In this document: piece after piece, positions 40,062 to 49,484 of the stretch
How the letters are laid out: each line of letters opens with the position of its first letter
How positions within the stretch are numbered: the first letter of the stretch is position 1
NCBI GenBank assembly: GCA_038245295.1
Contig: JBBRSP010000023.1
Coordinates: forward strand, 23,957-87,956
Direction of reading: 5' to 3'
Length of the DNA stretch: 64,000 nucleotides
Origin: Candidatus Binatia bacterium
Lineage (GTDB): Bacteria; Desulfobacterota; Binatia; HRBIN30
Notes under the pieces: model-generated
Databases searched by the model: none
What the model was told of the DNA's origin: nothing
The model's input: the letters and a program-made list of their open reading frames with translations, nothing else
Position numbers and translations under genes: made by a program

Positions 40062-41416
40062 CCCGTGTCCTCGTAGTGGACGACGAGCGCAAGATGCGTC
40101 GCGTTTTGCAAATCCTGCTGGAACAGATGGGGCTCGAATCCGTGCCCGTCGAAAATGGCGAGGCCGCTTTGCAGCATTTCCGGGGCGAGAAGGTCGACCT
40201 GGTGCTGACGGATCTGAAGATGCCAGGGATGAGTGGTGTCGAGTTGTTGGCGCAGATTCGCAGCATCGATCCCGATGTGCCGGTCATCGTGCTCACCGCC
40301 CACGGGACGGTGGCGACGGCCGTCGCAGCGATGAAACACGGCGCCTTCGATTACATCCTCAAGCCGTTCGATCTGCAGGCAATCGAGTTGGTCATCCGCA
40401 ATGCCCTCGAGATGCGCCGCTATCGAACCGAAAACCGCTTCCTCAAGGAACAAGCAAACACCATCCCGGCCTTCGAAAACCTCATCGGCGAGTCGTCGGT
40501 GATGCAGTCGGTGTACTCGATGATCGGCCAGGTGGCGGCCGCGAAGACCGCGGTGCTGATTACCGGTGAAACGGGCACCGGCAAGGAACTCGTGGCGCGC
40601 GCCGTTCACGCACTCAGTCCGCGACGCGACGAGCTGTTCGTGCCGTTGAACTGCGCGGCGATCCCCGCCGATCTTCTGGAAAGTGAGTTGTTTGGCCATG
40701 TGCGCGGTGCCTTTACCGGGGCGCAGGTAGAACGAACCGGCAAGTTCGAGCTCGCCGACGGCGGCACACTGTTCCTCGACGAGATCGGCGACATGGCCTA
40801 CGCACTACAGGCAAAGCTGCTGCGCGTGCTACAGGAGGGCGTAATTGAACGCATCGGCAGCAATACGCCGGTCAAGGTCGACGTGCGGCTCATCTCCTCC
40901 ACCAACCGTGACCTGGCGGCGGGTATGGCCGGCGGCACGTTCCGCGAAGACCTCTTCTACCGCCTCAACGTGTTCGAGATTCACTTGCCACCGTTGCGCG
41001 AACGGCACCAGGACATTCCGCATTTGGCGGCGTTCTTCCTGGCGCAATTCGGCGAAGAGCTTGGCAAGGGGCCGCTGTTGCTGTCGCCGCCGGCGTGCCG
41101 ACTGCTCGAACAATACACGTGGCCCGGGAATGTTCGGGAGCTACGCAATCTCATGGAACGTGCCGCGGTCCTGTCGACGGGCCCGCACGTCGATGTGAGC
41201 CTGGTGCAAGTCCTTCTGCCGGCGGTGACGCGACCGACGGCGGCGGCGACCGAGACGAATGGCAGCCTTGAACTGGGGAACGCCGTGGAAGAGGTGGAGC
41301 GCAAACTCATTCTGCGTGCACTCGGCGCCGCCAATGACAACAAGGCGGAGGCCGCCCGGCTGCTCGGTGTCAGCGAACGCACCCTCTGGTACAAGCTCAA
41401 GCGCTACGGCATGTAG
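40058..41416 (+). CDS. Sigma54-dependent response regulator (NtrC/AtoC family)
   Basis: [25 protein letters not shown]; Fis-type HTH. Confidence 0.96.
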   Translation: MTRVLVVDDERKMRRVLQILLEQMGLESVPVENGEAALQHFRGEKVDLVLTDLKMPGMSGVELLAQIRSIDPDVPVIVLTAHGTVATAVAAMKHGAFDYILKPFDLQAIELVIRNALEMRRYRTENRFLKEQANTIPAFENLIGESSVMQSVYSMIGQVAAAKTAVLITGETGTGKELVARAVHALSPRRDELFVPLNCAAIPADLLESELFGHVRGAFTGAQVERTGKFELADGGTLFLDEIGDMAYALQAKLLRVLQEGVIERIGSNTPVKVDVRLISSTNRDLAAGMAGGTFREDLFYRLNVFEIHLPPLRERHQDIPHLAAFFLAQFGEELGKGPLLLSPPACRLLEQYTWPGNVRELRNLMERAAVLSTGPHVDVSLVQVLLPAVTRPTAAATETNGSLELGNAVEEVERKLILRALGAANDNKAEAARLLGVSERTLWYKLKRYGM

Positions 41417-41555
41417 CATCGGCGCTCTCGCCCCACCGGCACGGTTCCCGATTGGCGCGCAATACCCTGCAGATAATTGCGCAGGTTGTGTCTCCCGCGC
41501 CTTGTCGACCTCCCCGGAACTACGATAGTGCAGCCCACGGACTCTCGCCGCGGTT

Positions 41556-41570
41556 TGGCAAAGGTCTTGC
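41556..41570 (+). promoter_or_regulatory. Sigma54 -24/-12 promoter upstream of the small ORF and multiheme cytochrome
   Basis: TGGCAAAGGTCTTGC (GG-N10-GC); possible upstream activator site CCTGCAGATAATTGCGCAGG near 41466-41485. Confidence 0.6.
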
Positions 41571-41596
41571 CTGTATCAGGAGGGAGGGGTGGACGG

Positions 41597-41893
41597 ATGA
41601 AGCGAATCAGTGCGCGAATTGTCGCCTTCGGCATGGTGGCCGTTGGCTTGTTCCTCGGCACGGTAGTGCTGTTGTCCGTCTATAGCGAGGCCGCCGGAAC
41701 CGGCATGGCACGGCACGTTCGGCGCGATGAGGCAGTGCGTCCGCATTCGCAACGGCGCTCCATCCACGTCTCGACACCCGGGTCTGACACGAGATCCAGC
41801 ACTTCCATGGAAACGCCGCAGCCTGCAGGAACTTGCAGCCGTCCCGCAATCTTCTTCACCTTCCGTGTAGAGTTCCCGCGCCGAGTCGCATAA
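41597..41893 (+). CDS. Small hypothetical exported/membrane protein
   Basis: Strong RBS (GGAGGGAGG); MKRISAR followed by a hydrophobic helix. Confidence 0.5.
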   Translation: MKRISARIVAFGMVAVGLFLGTVVLLSVYSEAAGTGMARHVRRDEAVRPHSQRRSIHVSTPGSDTRSSTSMETPQPAGTCSRPAIFFTFRVEFPRRVA

Positions 41894-41947
41894 TCGTCAG
41901 GCCGATCGTCGTCGCAGCTTGGGCACACGCGTTGCTCCTCTCATCGT

Positions 41948-44542
41948 GTGGAGGGCAAGATCGTGATGCGATCACCACACCGTTCGGAGAAGCCATGTTG
42001 TCGATGGTCGGCGCCACACCTGGCGCTGACTCTGTTCGCGAGCGCCATCCTTGGCGCCGCGCCGGCGGCAGCCGCCAACTGGAAACTCGTTGGCTGGAAC
42101 AATCTGGGTATGCACTGCATGGATGCCGACTACGAGTTGTTCTCGCTCCTGCCTCCCTACAACACGATCCACGCACAACTGATGGACCCGCAAGGAGTGC
42201 TCGTTACCGACCCAAGCGCGGCCGGCGTGCGCGTGACCTACGAGGCCATCAGCGATCCGACGGGTTCGATCAACACAAGTTCGGCCGGCAAAACCAATTT
42301 CTGGCAACACACGCAACAGCTCTTCGGCGCCGGCGCGCCGACCACGACAGATGCCGGGCTGGCCGGGAAGAGCATGCCAGGGAATGGCAACGTGCCGCAG
42401 GTGATGACCTGGGATCCGGCTTCGAGCTGGTTCATCGCCGAGGGTATTCCGATCACGCCCTACGATGACGCGGGTCACAAGAATTACTATCCGATGATGC
42501 GCCTGGTGGCGCGCGGCAACACCGGCACCGTGCTCGCGAGTCTGGATATCGTTCTGCCGGTGTCGGACGAGATGAACTGCAAAGGTTGCCACAGCTCCGA
42601 TTCGCCGAGCGGCGCCGTGCCACCGTCCGGATGGGTGCACGAGAGCAATGTAGAGCGTGACTTCCGGCTCAACGTCCTGCGCTTGCACGACGCCCGCAAT
42701 AGCGGCGATCCCGTCTACCAGAATGCTCTCGCGCAAGCCGCGTACGATCCTTCCGGCCTAGAAGCCACGGCGCGCGGCGGGACTTCGATCTTGTGTGCCA
42801 ATTGTCATCTCTCGGAAGCCCTGCCGGGCAGCGGTCGAGCCGGTATCAAGCCTCTGACCCAAGCGATTCACGGACGTCATCAGTGGCTCGATCAAGCCGG
42901 TGCTGGCCGTACCGCGTGTTACCAATGTCATCCCGGATCGGCGACCCGTTGCCTGCGCGGCGCCATGGGCGCGGCGGTGGCACCGGATGGCACGCTCGCC
43001 ATGCAGTGCCAGAGTTGCCACGGCACGATGGCGCAGGTCGCGGCGCCGACACGCACCGGTTGGCTCAATGAACCAAGTTGCCAGAACTGCCACAGCGGCA
43101 CGGCGACCAACAACAATGGCCAGATCCGCTACACGTCCGTGTTCGACACCTCGGGGCAACCACGTGTCGCGGCGAGCCAGACGTTCGCGACCAACAGCGA
43201 CACGCCTGCGGCAGGGCTCAACCTTTATCGCTTCTCCACCGGGCACGGCGGCGTCAAATGTGAGGGTTGTCATGGCTCGACACACGCCGAGTTCCCGGCG
43301 CTGCACCCGAACGACAACATCCAGAGCATCGAACGCCAGGGACACGTCGGCATGTTGGCGGAATGCACGAGTTGTCATGCGACCCAGCCAAACACGGTCA
43401 ACGGCGGACCGCACGGCATGCATCCGGTCGGCAGCACGTGGGTGCAGCAGCATCCGGGTGCGGTCGAGAATGGTGGCGCGGCACAGTGTCAGACATGCCA
43501 CGGCCGCGACTACCGCGGCACGGTGCTGTCGCGATCGCAGGGCGACCGCATGTTGAGCACCAATTTTGGTACGAAGTACTTGTGGCGCGGCTTCCAGGTT
43601 GGTTGTTACACCTGCCACCAGGGCCCCTCGAGCGAAAACGCGAATCCGAATCACGCCGCGGTAGTGAGCGACGCCTCCATCACAACGCCGCTCGACACGC
43701 CCGCTGGTTTGATGTTGCGCGCGGCGGATGCGGATGGAAATGCGCTGACGCTGCGCATCGTGACCCAGCCGAGCCACGGCACGGTTGGGCTGATCGGTAA
43801 ACAAGCGACCTTCTTTCCAGATGCGGGCTTCACCGGCAGTGATGCCTTCACGTTTGCGGCCTGGGATGGCTCGACCGATTCCAATCTTGCCACCGTGTCG
43901 GTCTCGGTAGGCGGCGCTGGGCCAACCGCGACGCAGACGATGGTGCCGACCGCCTCACCGAGTCCGACCAACACCCCACCGCCGGCAGCGACGTGTCCGC
44001 CGCAGCCAGCGAGTTGCGGCAATTCGGCGCACGGCAATCTGCAACTAAAGAACGGCGCCGTCCCGGGACGCCACGCCCTGACCTGGAAGTGGATCACCGA
44101 CGTCGGCAGCGCGCCTGTTGCGCTCGGCGATCCGATGCACGGCGCAACCAGCTACACGTTGTGCGTCTACGACGCGGTGGCGACAGTCCCGACCTTGAAG
44201 TTGGCTGCGACGATTCCAGCCGGTGGCATGTGCGGGCGTTATGCCTGTTGGCGCGCCTTGTCGACGGGCTGGAGTTACAAGAACCGCGCCGGCACGTCCG
44301 ACGGCATCACGCGTCTGTTGTTGAAGGGCGGGGCGCTCGGTAGGCCACAAATCCAGGTGGGCGGGAAAGGCGCGGCATTGCCTTCTCTGGCGCCGTTCAC
44401 CGCCACGCAGCTCCTGGCTCAGGACCCGGCGGTGACCGTGCAGCTCTTGCGCAATGATTCCTCGAGTTGTTGGTCGAACGCTTTCACCGAATCGATGACG
44501 CGGGTGAACAGCGGCGTCGGCTTCAAGGCGACCAACCCATAG
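41948..44542 (+). CDS. Secreted multiheme (9 CXXCH) cytochrome c with Ig-like and C-terminal extracellular domains (start may be ATG 41966)
   Basis: CKGCH, CANCH, CYQCH, CQSCH, CQNCH, CEGCH, CTSCH, CQTCH, CYTCH; WNNLGMHC; D.DG..LT..IV..P.HG...F.G.D.FTF Ig-like repeat. Confidence 0.9.
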   Translation: MEGKIVMRSPHRSEKPCCRWSAPHLALTLFASAILGAAPAAAANWKLVGWNNLGMHCMDADYELFSLLPPYNTIHAQLMDPQGVLVTDPSAAGVRVTYEAISDPTGSINTSSAGKTNFWQHTQQLFGAGAPTTTDAGLAGKSMPGNGNVPQVMTWDPASSWFIAEGIPITPYDDAGHKNYYPMMRLVARGNTGTVLASLDIVLPVSDEMNCKGCHSSDSPSGAVPPSGWVHESNVERDFRLNVLRLHDARNSGDPVYQNALAQAAYDPSGLEATARGGTSILCANCHLSEALPGSGRAGIKPLTQAIHGRHQWLDQAGAGRTACYQCHPGSATRCLRGAMGAAVAPDGTLAMQCQSCHGTMAQVAAPTRTGWLNEPSCQNCHSGTATNNNGQIRYTSVFDTSGQPRVAASQTFATNSDTPAAGLNLYRFSTGHGGVKCEGCHGSTHAEFPALHPNDNIQSIERQGHVGMLAECTSCHATQPNTVNGGPHGMHPVGSTWVQQHPGAVENGGAAQCQTCHGRDYRGTVLSRSQGDRMLSTNFGTKYLWRGFQVGCYTCHQGPSSENANPNHAAVVSDASITTPLDTPAGLMLRAADADGNALTLRIVTQPSHGTVGLIGKQATFFPDAGFTGSDAFTFAAWDGSTDSNLATVSVSVGGAGPTATQTMVPTASPSPTNTPPPAATCPPQPASCGNSAHGNLQLKNGAVPGRHALTWKWITDVGSAPVALGDPMHGATSYTLCVYDAVATVPTLKLAATIPAGGMCGRYACWRALSTGWSYKNRAGTSDGITRLLLKGGALGRPQIQVGGKGAALPSLAPFTATQLLAQDPAVTVQLLRNDSSSCWSNAFTESMTRVNSGVGFKATNP

Positions 44543-44561
44543 CAGCGGGGGAGCACTTCGT

Positions 44562-44597
44562 TCCTGTAGGGGCGGTCCGCGAACCGCCCCTACAGGA
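44562..44597. repeat. GTAG-type REP-like hairpin (possible terminator)
   Basis: TCCTGTAGGGGCGGT-CCGCGA-ACCGCCCCTACAGGA, 15-bp perfect stem. Confidence 0.75.
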
Positions 44598-44783
44598 GGC
44601 CGCATCGAAATGACGCTGCATCGAGGCCGCGTCCACCAGGGCCTCGGGTCTGGGTTCGACCGAACTCTGCGCCCCGCACCCTCCACGATGGTTCCCGTCT
44701 GCCGAGATGTTGACGCCGAGGCAACGCCCTGACGATAGTGTCGCCTTTGGCGAGCAAGTCTAGGAGTCAGTGGGAGGCTATCG

Positions 44784-45674
44784 ATGGCGGATACTCAGCG
44801 GCTGCGACGCTCGCTGCTTTTCGTGCCGGGCAGCGAAGCGCGACACATTGCTCGGGCTCGCGCGGCGGGGGCGGACACGGTCCTGTTCGACCTAGAGGAT
44901 GCGGTGGCGCCGAGCGCCAAGGTGGATGCGCGAGCCCTTGTCGTAGAGGCGCTGCGCGGCGGGGGTTTCGGCGACGCTGAGCCCGCCGTGCGCATCAACG
45001 GCCTCGGCACCGAGTATTTCGATGCCGATCTTGGCGCTGTCGTCGCCGCGGGAGCGCGGGCGATCCTGCTGCCCAAGGCCGAGCGGGCCGCCGATCTGGT
45101 GACGGTCGCGGAAGCTTTGGCGCGGCATGAACGGGCCTGCGGCATCGGCGCGGCCCATGTCGTGCGGATTCTAGCTCTTGTCGAGACGGCAGCCGGCGTC
45201 GCCAATGTGCTGGCCATCGCCGCCAGCACGGCTCGGCTCGAAGCCCTCTGTTTCGGGCACGCCGACTTCGCGCGCGACATGCGACTCGACGAAACCGAGG
45301 CGGCGCATGGGGTCATCCATCACGCACGCTGCGCCGTTGCCATCGCCGCCCGTGCACACGGCCTGACACCGATCGACAGTGTCTGCCTACAGGTGCGCGA
45401 TGACGAGGTGATGCGCGCCGAAGTGATGCGCGGATTGAGTCTCGGCTTCGACGGCAAGTTGTGCATCCACCCACGCCAGGTGGCGATCACCAATGAGCTG
45501 TACACGCCGACGCCGCAACGCATCGCTGCTGCCCAACGCGTCGTCGATGCGTGGTCGCAAGCCGAAAGGGAAGGGCGCGGTGTTCTGGCGCTCGACGGCA
45601 AGATGATCGATGCGCCGATCGTCGCCGCCGAACGGCGCGTCCTCGAACGGGCGCGGCGGGCCGGAGTGGTGTGA
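44784..45674 (+). CDS. CitE/HpcH family CoA-ester lyase
   Basis: RRSLLFVPG, DLEDAV, VRIN, ETA.G, GKLCIHP.Q, GKMIDAP. Confidence 0.93.
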   Translation: MADTQRLRRSLLFVPGSEARHIARARAAGADTVLFDLEDAVAPSAKVDARALVVEALRGGGFGDAEPAVRINGLGTEYFDADLGAVVAAGARAILLPKAERAADLVTVAEALARHERACGIGAAHVVRILALVETAAGVANVLAIAASTARLEALCFGHADFARDMRLDETEAAHGVIHHARCAVAIAARAHGLTPIDSVCLQVRDDEVMRAEVMRGLSLGFDGKLCIHPRQVAITNELYTPTPQRIAAAQRVVDAWSQAEREGRGVLALDGKMIDAPIVAAERRVLERARRAGVV

Positions 45675-45773
45675 CAGCGAGATGGTCCACCGTCGAAGCC
45701 GGGCAAGAAAACTTCGCCTCAGGCCTTTGGTCGAGCCGCCGTTTGAGGCATACCGAGTGCGGGTATCGATGGG

Positions 45774-48266
45774 ATGGAGGGCACGATACGCGTACTGTTG
45801 GCCGAGACTGCGGTGGATCGAGTGCGGTCAATCGTTTGCGAGCTTGAACGCAGCGCCAACCTGATCACGTATGATCATGTCAACTCGTTAGCCGATCTAA
45901 GTGCGGCGCTGCAGCGTGGCCGCGGCGACGTAATTCTCTGCGACTGGGATCAGGGCGATGTCGATGCGCCGGCGATCCTGACGCTCCTCGCCGCCCGCCA
46001 TCTCGACCTCGCTGTGATCTGCGTTGCGGCAACTGGCGATCCTGCCAGCGCCGCCGCCGCGTTGCGGGCTGGGGCGAAGGATTTCGTCGGCCTCGAAGAT
46101 CTGGCGCGGCTGCGGCCAGTGATCGAACGCGAGTATCGTGCCCTGGTCGACCGTCGGGCTCGACGGCAAGCCGAGTTGGCTCTCAACGAGCGCCTCGATA
46201 TCGCCGTTGCCGGTTCGCAGGCGGGCTTTTGGGACTGGGATCCACGCACCGGCGTATCCGATTACGCGCCGAGTTGGCCGCGCATGCTTGGCTACGACAA
46301 TGCTGACGTGGCCCACCAAGATTGGGCCGATCTCGTCCATCCTGACGATCGTGCCCGACTCTTCGCCTACGTCGCCAACTACCTCGCCAACCCGTCACCC
46401 CTGTATGAGACGGAATTCCGCCTGCGCAGTCGTGACGGCAGCTACCGCTGGCTGCTCAGCCGCGGCCGCGGGGTCATCGGCGCAGACGGGAAGGTGGAGC
46501 GCCTGCTCGGCTTGCACATCGACATCACCGATCGCAAGCGTAGTGATGGGGACAAGCTTGCCCTGCTTGCGGTGGCGCGCGAGATCAGCGGTAGGCTCGA
46601 TCGGCAGCAGTTGCTGACACAAGTGCAGCGGCGCATTCTCGAAGTACTGCCGTGCGATTTCATTGCGACGTTCACGTGGAATGCTCGCCGCCAGGCGTTT
46701 CGCTGTATCTCGCACTGTGGGAACGCGGCCGATCTGGCGGCGGAGCTCGATCGCAACGAGTTCCCCTTGGACGATGCGGTGCGTCGCCAGTTCCGCAGTC
46801 GTTCGGTGGTTGTCAACGATCTCGTCGCTCAGTCGGTCGTGCCACACGAGGTCTTCACGGCCTTTGGGGTGACGGCGATCATGGCGACGCCGCTACGTCA
46901 CTCCGATCAGTCCTTCGATGCCGGATTGTTGGCGTATTCGCTGACCCCTGGGACGCGCTTCGACGCCGCGCAGGTCGAGCTCTTCGAAGCCATCGGCCGG
47001 CAACTAGCGGTCGCCTTGGAAGCCGCGGACAAGCACGAAACGCAGCTCGAGGCAGCCGAGGTTGCCGGCGCGCTGGCGCGGTTTGGCCAGGAGGTCATCT
47101 CGTCGCTCGACGAACCGGGACTCCTGGAACGTGTCTGCCGTCTGACCACCGAGGTTCTCAGCTGCGACGCGAGCCATACGGCGATGTGGCAGAAGCACGG
47201 CGACGTCTTCGCGGCGGTCGCCGGGGCGGGCTACCCGCCGGAGCTATGGGATATCGTGCGTGCCATACGTGTGCCGCGCGCCGCACTCGGAGATTTCCTG
47301 GAACGGTTGTCCGAAGCCGGGGCGATGCGGACGGTAACCGATGGGTTGATCGAACCCTTGGCGCGGGCGCTGGCGCAGCAGATCGGCGTGCGCGCGGCCT
47401 TGCTGACGCCGCTACGCTGCGGCAACGAGATCGTCGGGATGCAGATTTCAACCTACTTCCGACGTGACAAACCGTTCTCTCTCCGGCAAGAGAAGGTCGC
47501 CCGCGGCATCAGTGTTCTGGCGTCGCTGGCCTTGCAGCACGCCACACTGCTCGAAGAGCTCGGGCGTGCCAACCGTCTCAAGTCGGAGTTTCTCGCGTCG
47601 ATGTCGCACGAACTGCGCACGCCGCTCAATATCGTACTCGGATACTCATACCTTCTGCTGGCGGAAGACTTTGGTCCGCTGTCGCAGGGGCAGCGACGCA
47701 CCTTGCAGAAGATGGAAGAGAGCACGCAGGCGCTCGGTGAGCTGATCGGGGCAACGCTCGATCTAAGTCGCCTCGAAGCAGGCCAGGCGCCCCTCGAGCT
47801 GGCGATGGTGTCGATTCTTGACTTCCTGCGTGAGCTAGAAGGTGAGACTCAGCGTTTGAAGCCCAAGGCGCGACTACAGTTTCCCCAACTCGCGATGACC
47901 GAGTTGCCACGACTGCGCACGGACGGAACGAAGCTCAAGGTGATCGCCAAAAATCTGATTGGCAATGCCGTGAAGTTTACGCCGCAGGGCGAGATCACGG
48001 TGACCGCTCGCAGTCACAAGAACGGCGTCGAGTTACTCGTCAGCGACACCGGCGTCGGGATCAGTCACGAGATCCTGCCGACGATCTTCGATCCGTTCCG
48101 GCAGGGTGATGGCTCTTATACCCGGATCCATGGCGGGGTTGGTCTGGGGTTGTACGTCGTGCGCCGACTACTCGAGCAATTGGGTGGAACGATTGCCGTG
48201 GATAGTGAGCCTGGTTGTGGCTCGACGTTTAGCGTGTGGGTGCCGCATGTGGAGGCGCCGACGTGA
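45774..48266 (+). CDS. Cytoplasmic sensor kinase (REC-like, PAS, 2 GAF, HisKA, HATPase)
   Basis: VHPDD PAS motif; SHELRTPL; NLIGNAVKFT; GLGL. Confidence 0.9.
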   Translation: MEGTIRVLLAETAVDRVRSIVCELERSANLITYDHVNSLADLSAALQRGRGDVILCDWDQGDVDAPAILTLLAARHLDLAVICVAATGDPASAAAALRAGAKDFVGLEDLARLRPVIEREYRALVDRRARRQAELALNERLDIAVAGSQAGFWDWDPRTGVSDYAPSWPRMLGYDNADVAHQDWADLVHPDDRARLFAYVANYLANPSPLYETEFRLRSRDGSYRWLLSRGRGVIGADGKVERLLGLHIDITDRKRSDGDKLALLAVAREISGRLDRQQLLTQVQRRILEVLPCDFIATFTWNARRQAFRCISHCGNAADLAAELDRNEFPLDDAVRRQFRSRSVVVNDLVAQSVVPHEVFTAFGVTAIMATPLRHSDQSFDAGLLAYSLTPGTRFDAAQVELFEAIGRQLAVALEAADKHETQLEAAEVAGALARFGQEVISSLDEPGLLERVCRLTTEVLSCDASHTAMWQKHGDVFAAVAGAGYPPELWDIVRAIRVPRAALGDFLERLSEAGAMRTVTDGLIEPLARALAQQIGVRAALLTPLRCGNEIVGMQISTYFRRDKPFSLRQEKVARGISVLASLALQHATLLEELGRANRLKSEFLASMSHELRTPLNIVLGYSYLLLAEDFGPLSQGQRRTLQKMEESTQALGELIGATLDLSRLEAGQAPLELAMVSILDFLRELEGETQRLKPKARLQFPQLAMTELPRLRTDGTKLKVIAKNLIGNAVKFTPQGEITVTARSHKNGVELLVSDTGVGISHEILPTIFDPFRQGDGSYTRIHGGVGLGLYVVRRLLEQLGGTIAVDSEPGCGSTFSVWVPHVEAPT

Positions 48267-48304
48267 CGAGATTGTCGATCACGACACATCCGCAGTGATG
48301 CGGA

Positions 48305-49231
48305 CTAACTTTGTAACGCGAGTACGTTCTCGCGGCGCAGTCGTGTCGCTGCAAAATCGACGAAGGCACGCACCTTGGCCGATGCCTTACGTCCGGCGGC
48401 GTAAACGATGTGCACCGGAATGGGGGCGGGTTCATAATCGGCGAGCACAATGCGCAAGCGTCCGGCCGCGACGTCGTCGGCGACCTGATACGACAACAAT
48501 CGAGCCAGGCCGCGGCCGCGCACGGCCGCGGCAACGGCGACTTCACTGGCGTTGGCGATGAGCTGCATACGTGGGTGAATGACCTCGCGCTCCGGGCGCC
48601 CCTGCTTGGCTTGATCCCAGAAGGACCATGTCGTGTTTGATGCACCCGTCTGCGAGAAGCCAATGGCGTCGTGGCGCACCAGATCGGCCGGAGTGCGCGG
48701 CACGCCGTGTTTGGAGAGATAGTCGGGCGATGCGACGAGCACACGACGCACGGCGCCGACACGCACGGCATTGAGGCTCGAGTCGGGAAGGTGGGCGATG
48801 CGGACCGCCACGTCCATGCCTTCATCGAGGAGATGGACGACGCGATCTACGAAGAAGGTGCGCACGCTGACCTTTGGGTGTTGTGTCAGGAAGTCGAGCA
48901 CCACAGGCGCGAGGTGCAACCGCCCGAACATTGCCGGGGCGGTGATTGACAACTGCCCCTGGGGTGCCGCGTGGGCACCGCCGGCCGACGCCTCGGCCTC
49001 GTCGAGCTCGGCCAGGATGCGCTTGCAGTCATCGAGGAAACGTTCGCCGATTTCCGTCACCCGCACGCTACGTGTTGTGCGCTGCAGCAGTTGGGCACCG
49101 AGGCGCTGTTCCAGCCCGCCGATGGCACGCGTGACGGCAGGTGGTGAAAACCCAAGCTGACGCGCTGCCGCGGCGAAGCCCTGCGACTCGGCAACCATGA
49201 CGAAGACCCGTAGACTATCGAGTCGATCCAT
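48305..49231 (-). CDS. LysR family transcriptional regulator
   Basis: MDRLDSLRVF...GFAAAARQL..SPPAVTR...LE..LG..LL.RTTR. Confidence 0.95.
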   Translation of the reverse strand: MDRLDSLRVFVMVAESQGFAAAARQLGFSPPAVTRAIGGLEQRLGAQLLQRTTRSVRVTEIGERFLDDCKRILAELDEAEASAGGAHAAPQGQLSITAPAMFGRLHLAPVVLDFLTQHPKVSVRTFFVDRVVHLLDEGMDVAVRIAHLPDSSLNAVRVGAVRRVLVASPDYLSKHGVPRTPADLVRHDAIGFSQTGASNTTWSFWDQAKQGRPEREVIHPRMQLIANASEVAVAAAVRGRGLARLLSYQVADDVAAGRLRIVLADYEPAPIPVHIVYAAGRKASAKVRAFVDFAATRLRRENVLALQS

Positions 49232-49455
49232 TCGGGCATTCCAGCTCGCAGCGCAGCACAAAGTCAATCAGGACAGCCTTCGCCCGCGCCCTTGCCCCGG
49301 CATGCGCCTGGGACCGTATTTGCGTCGGATTGTTGCGAACGAGCGAGAGCAAAACACGGCAGCGATCGGCAATCGGGTGTCTCGACTACACGCCGGTGTT
49401 ACCATGTGCGGCACTTACGGGGGAACGGTCGTGTCTGTGTCAGCCAACCTAACGG

Positions 49456-49471
49456 TGGCACGTCTTTCGCT
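49456..49471 (+). promoter_or_regulatory. Sigma54-like -24/-12 motif upstream of the CAP-dockerin gene
   Basis: TGGCACG-TCTT-TCGCT (GG-N10-GC). Confidence 0.4.
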
Positions 49472-49484
49472 CTTCATTGCACTG

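Noticed and set aside
49197..49484. Long N-terminal extensions in the ORF track (also mvk 22777, shc 21693, decarboxylase 31021, ECH 27950)
   Set aside because: They overlap neighbouring genes or promoters. Downstream ATGs with an RBS, coupling or a signal peptide fit better.
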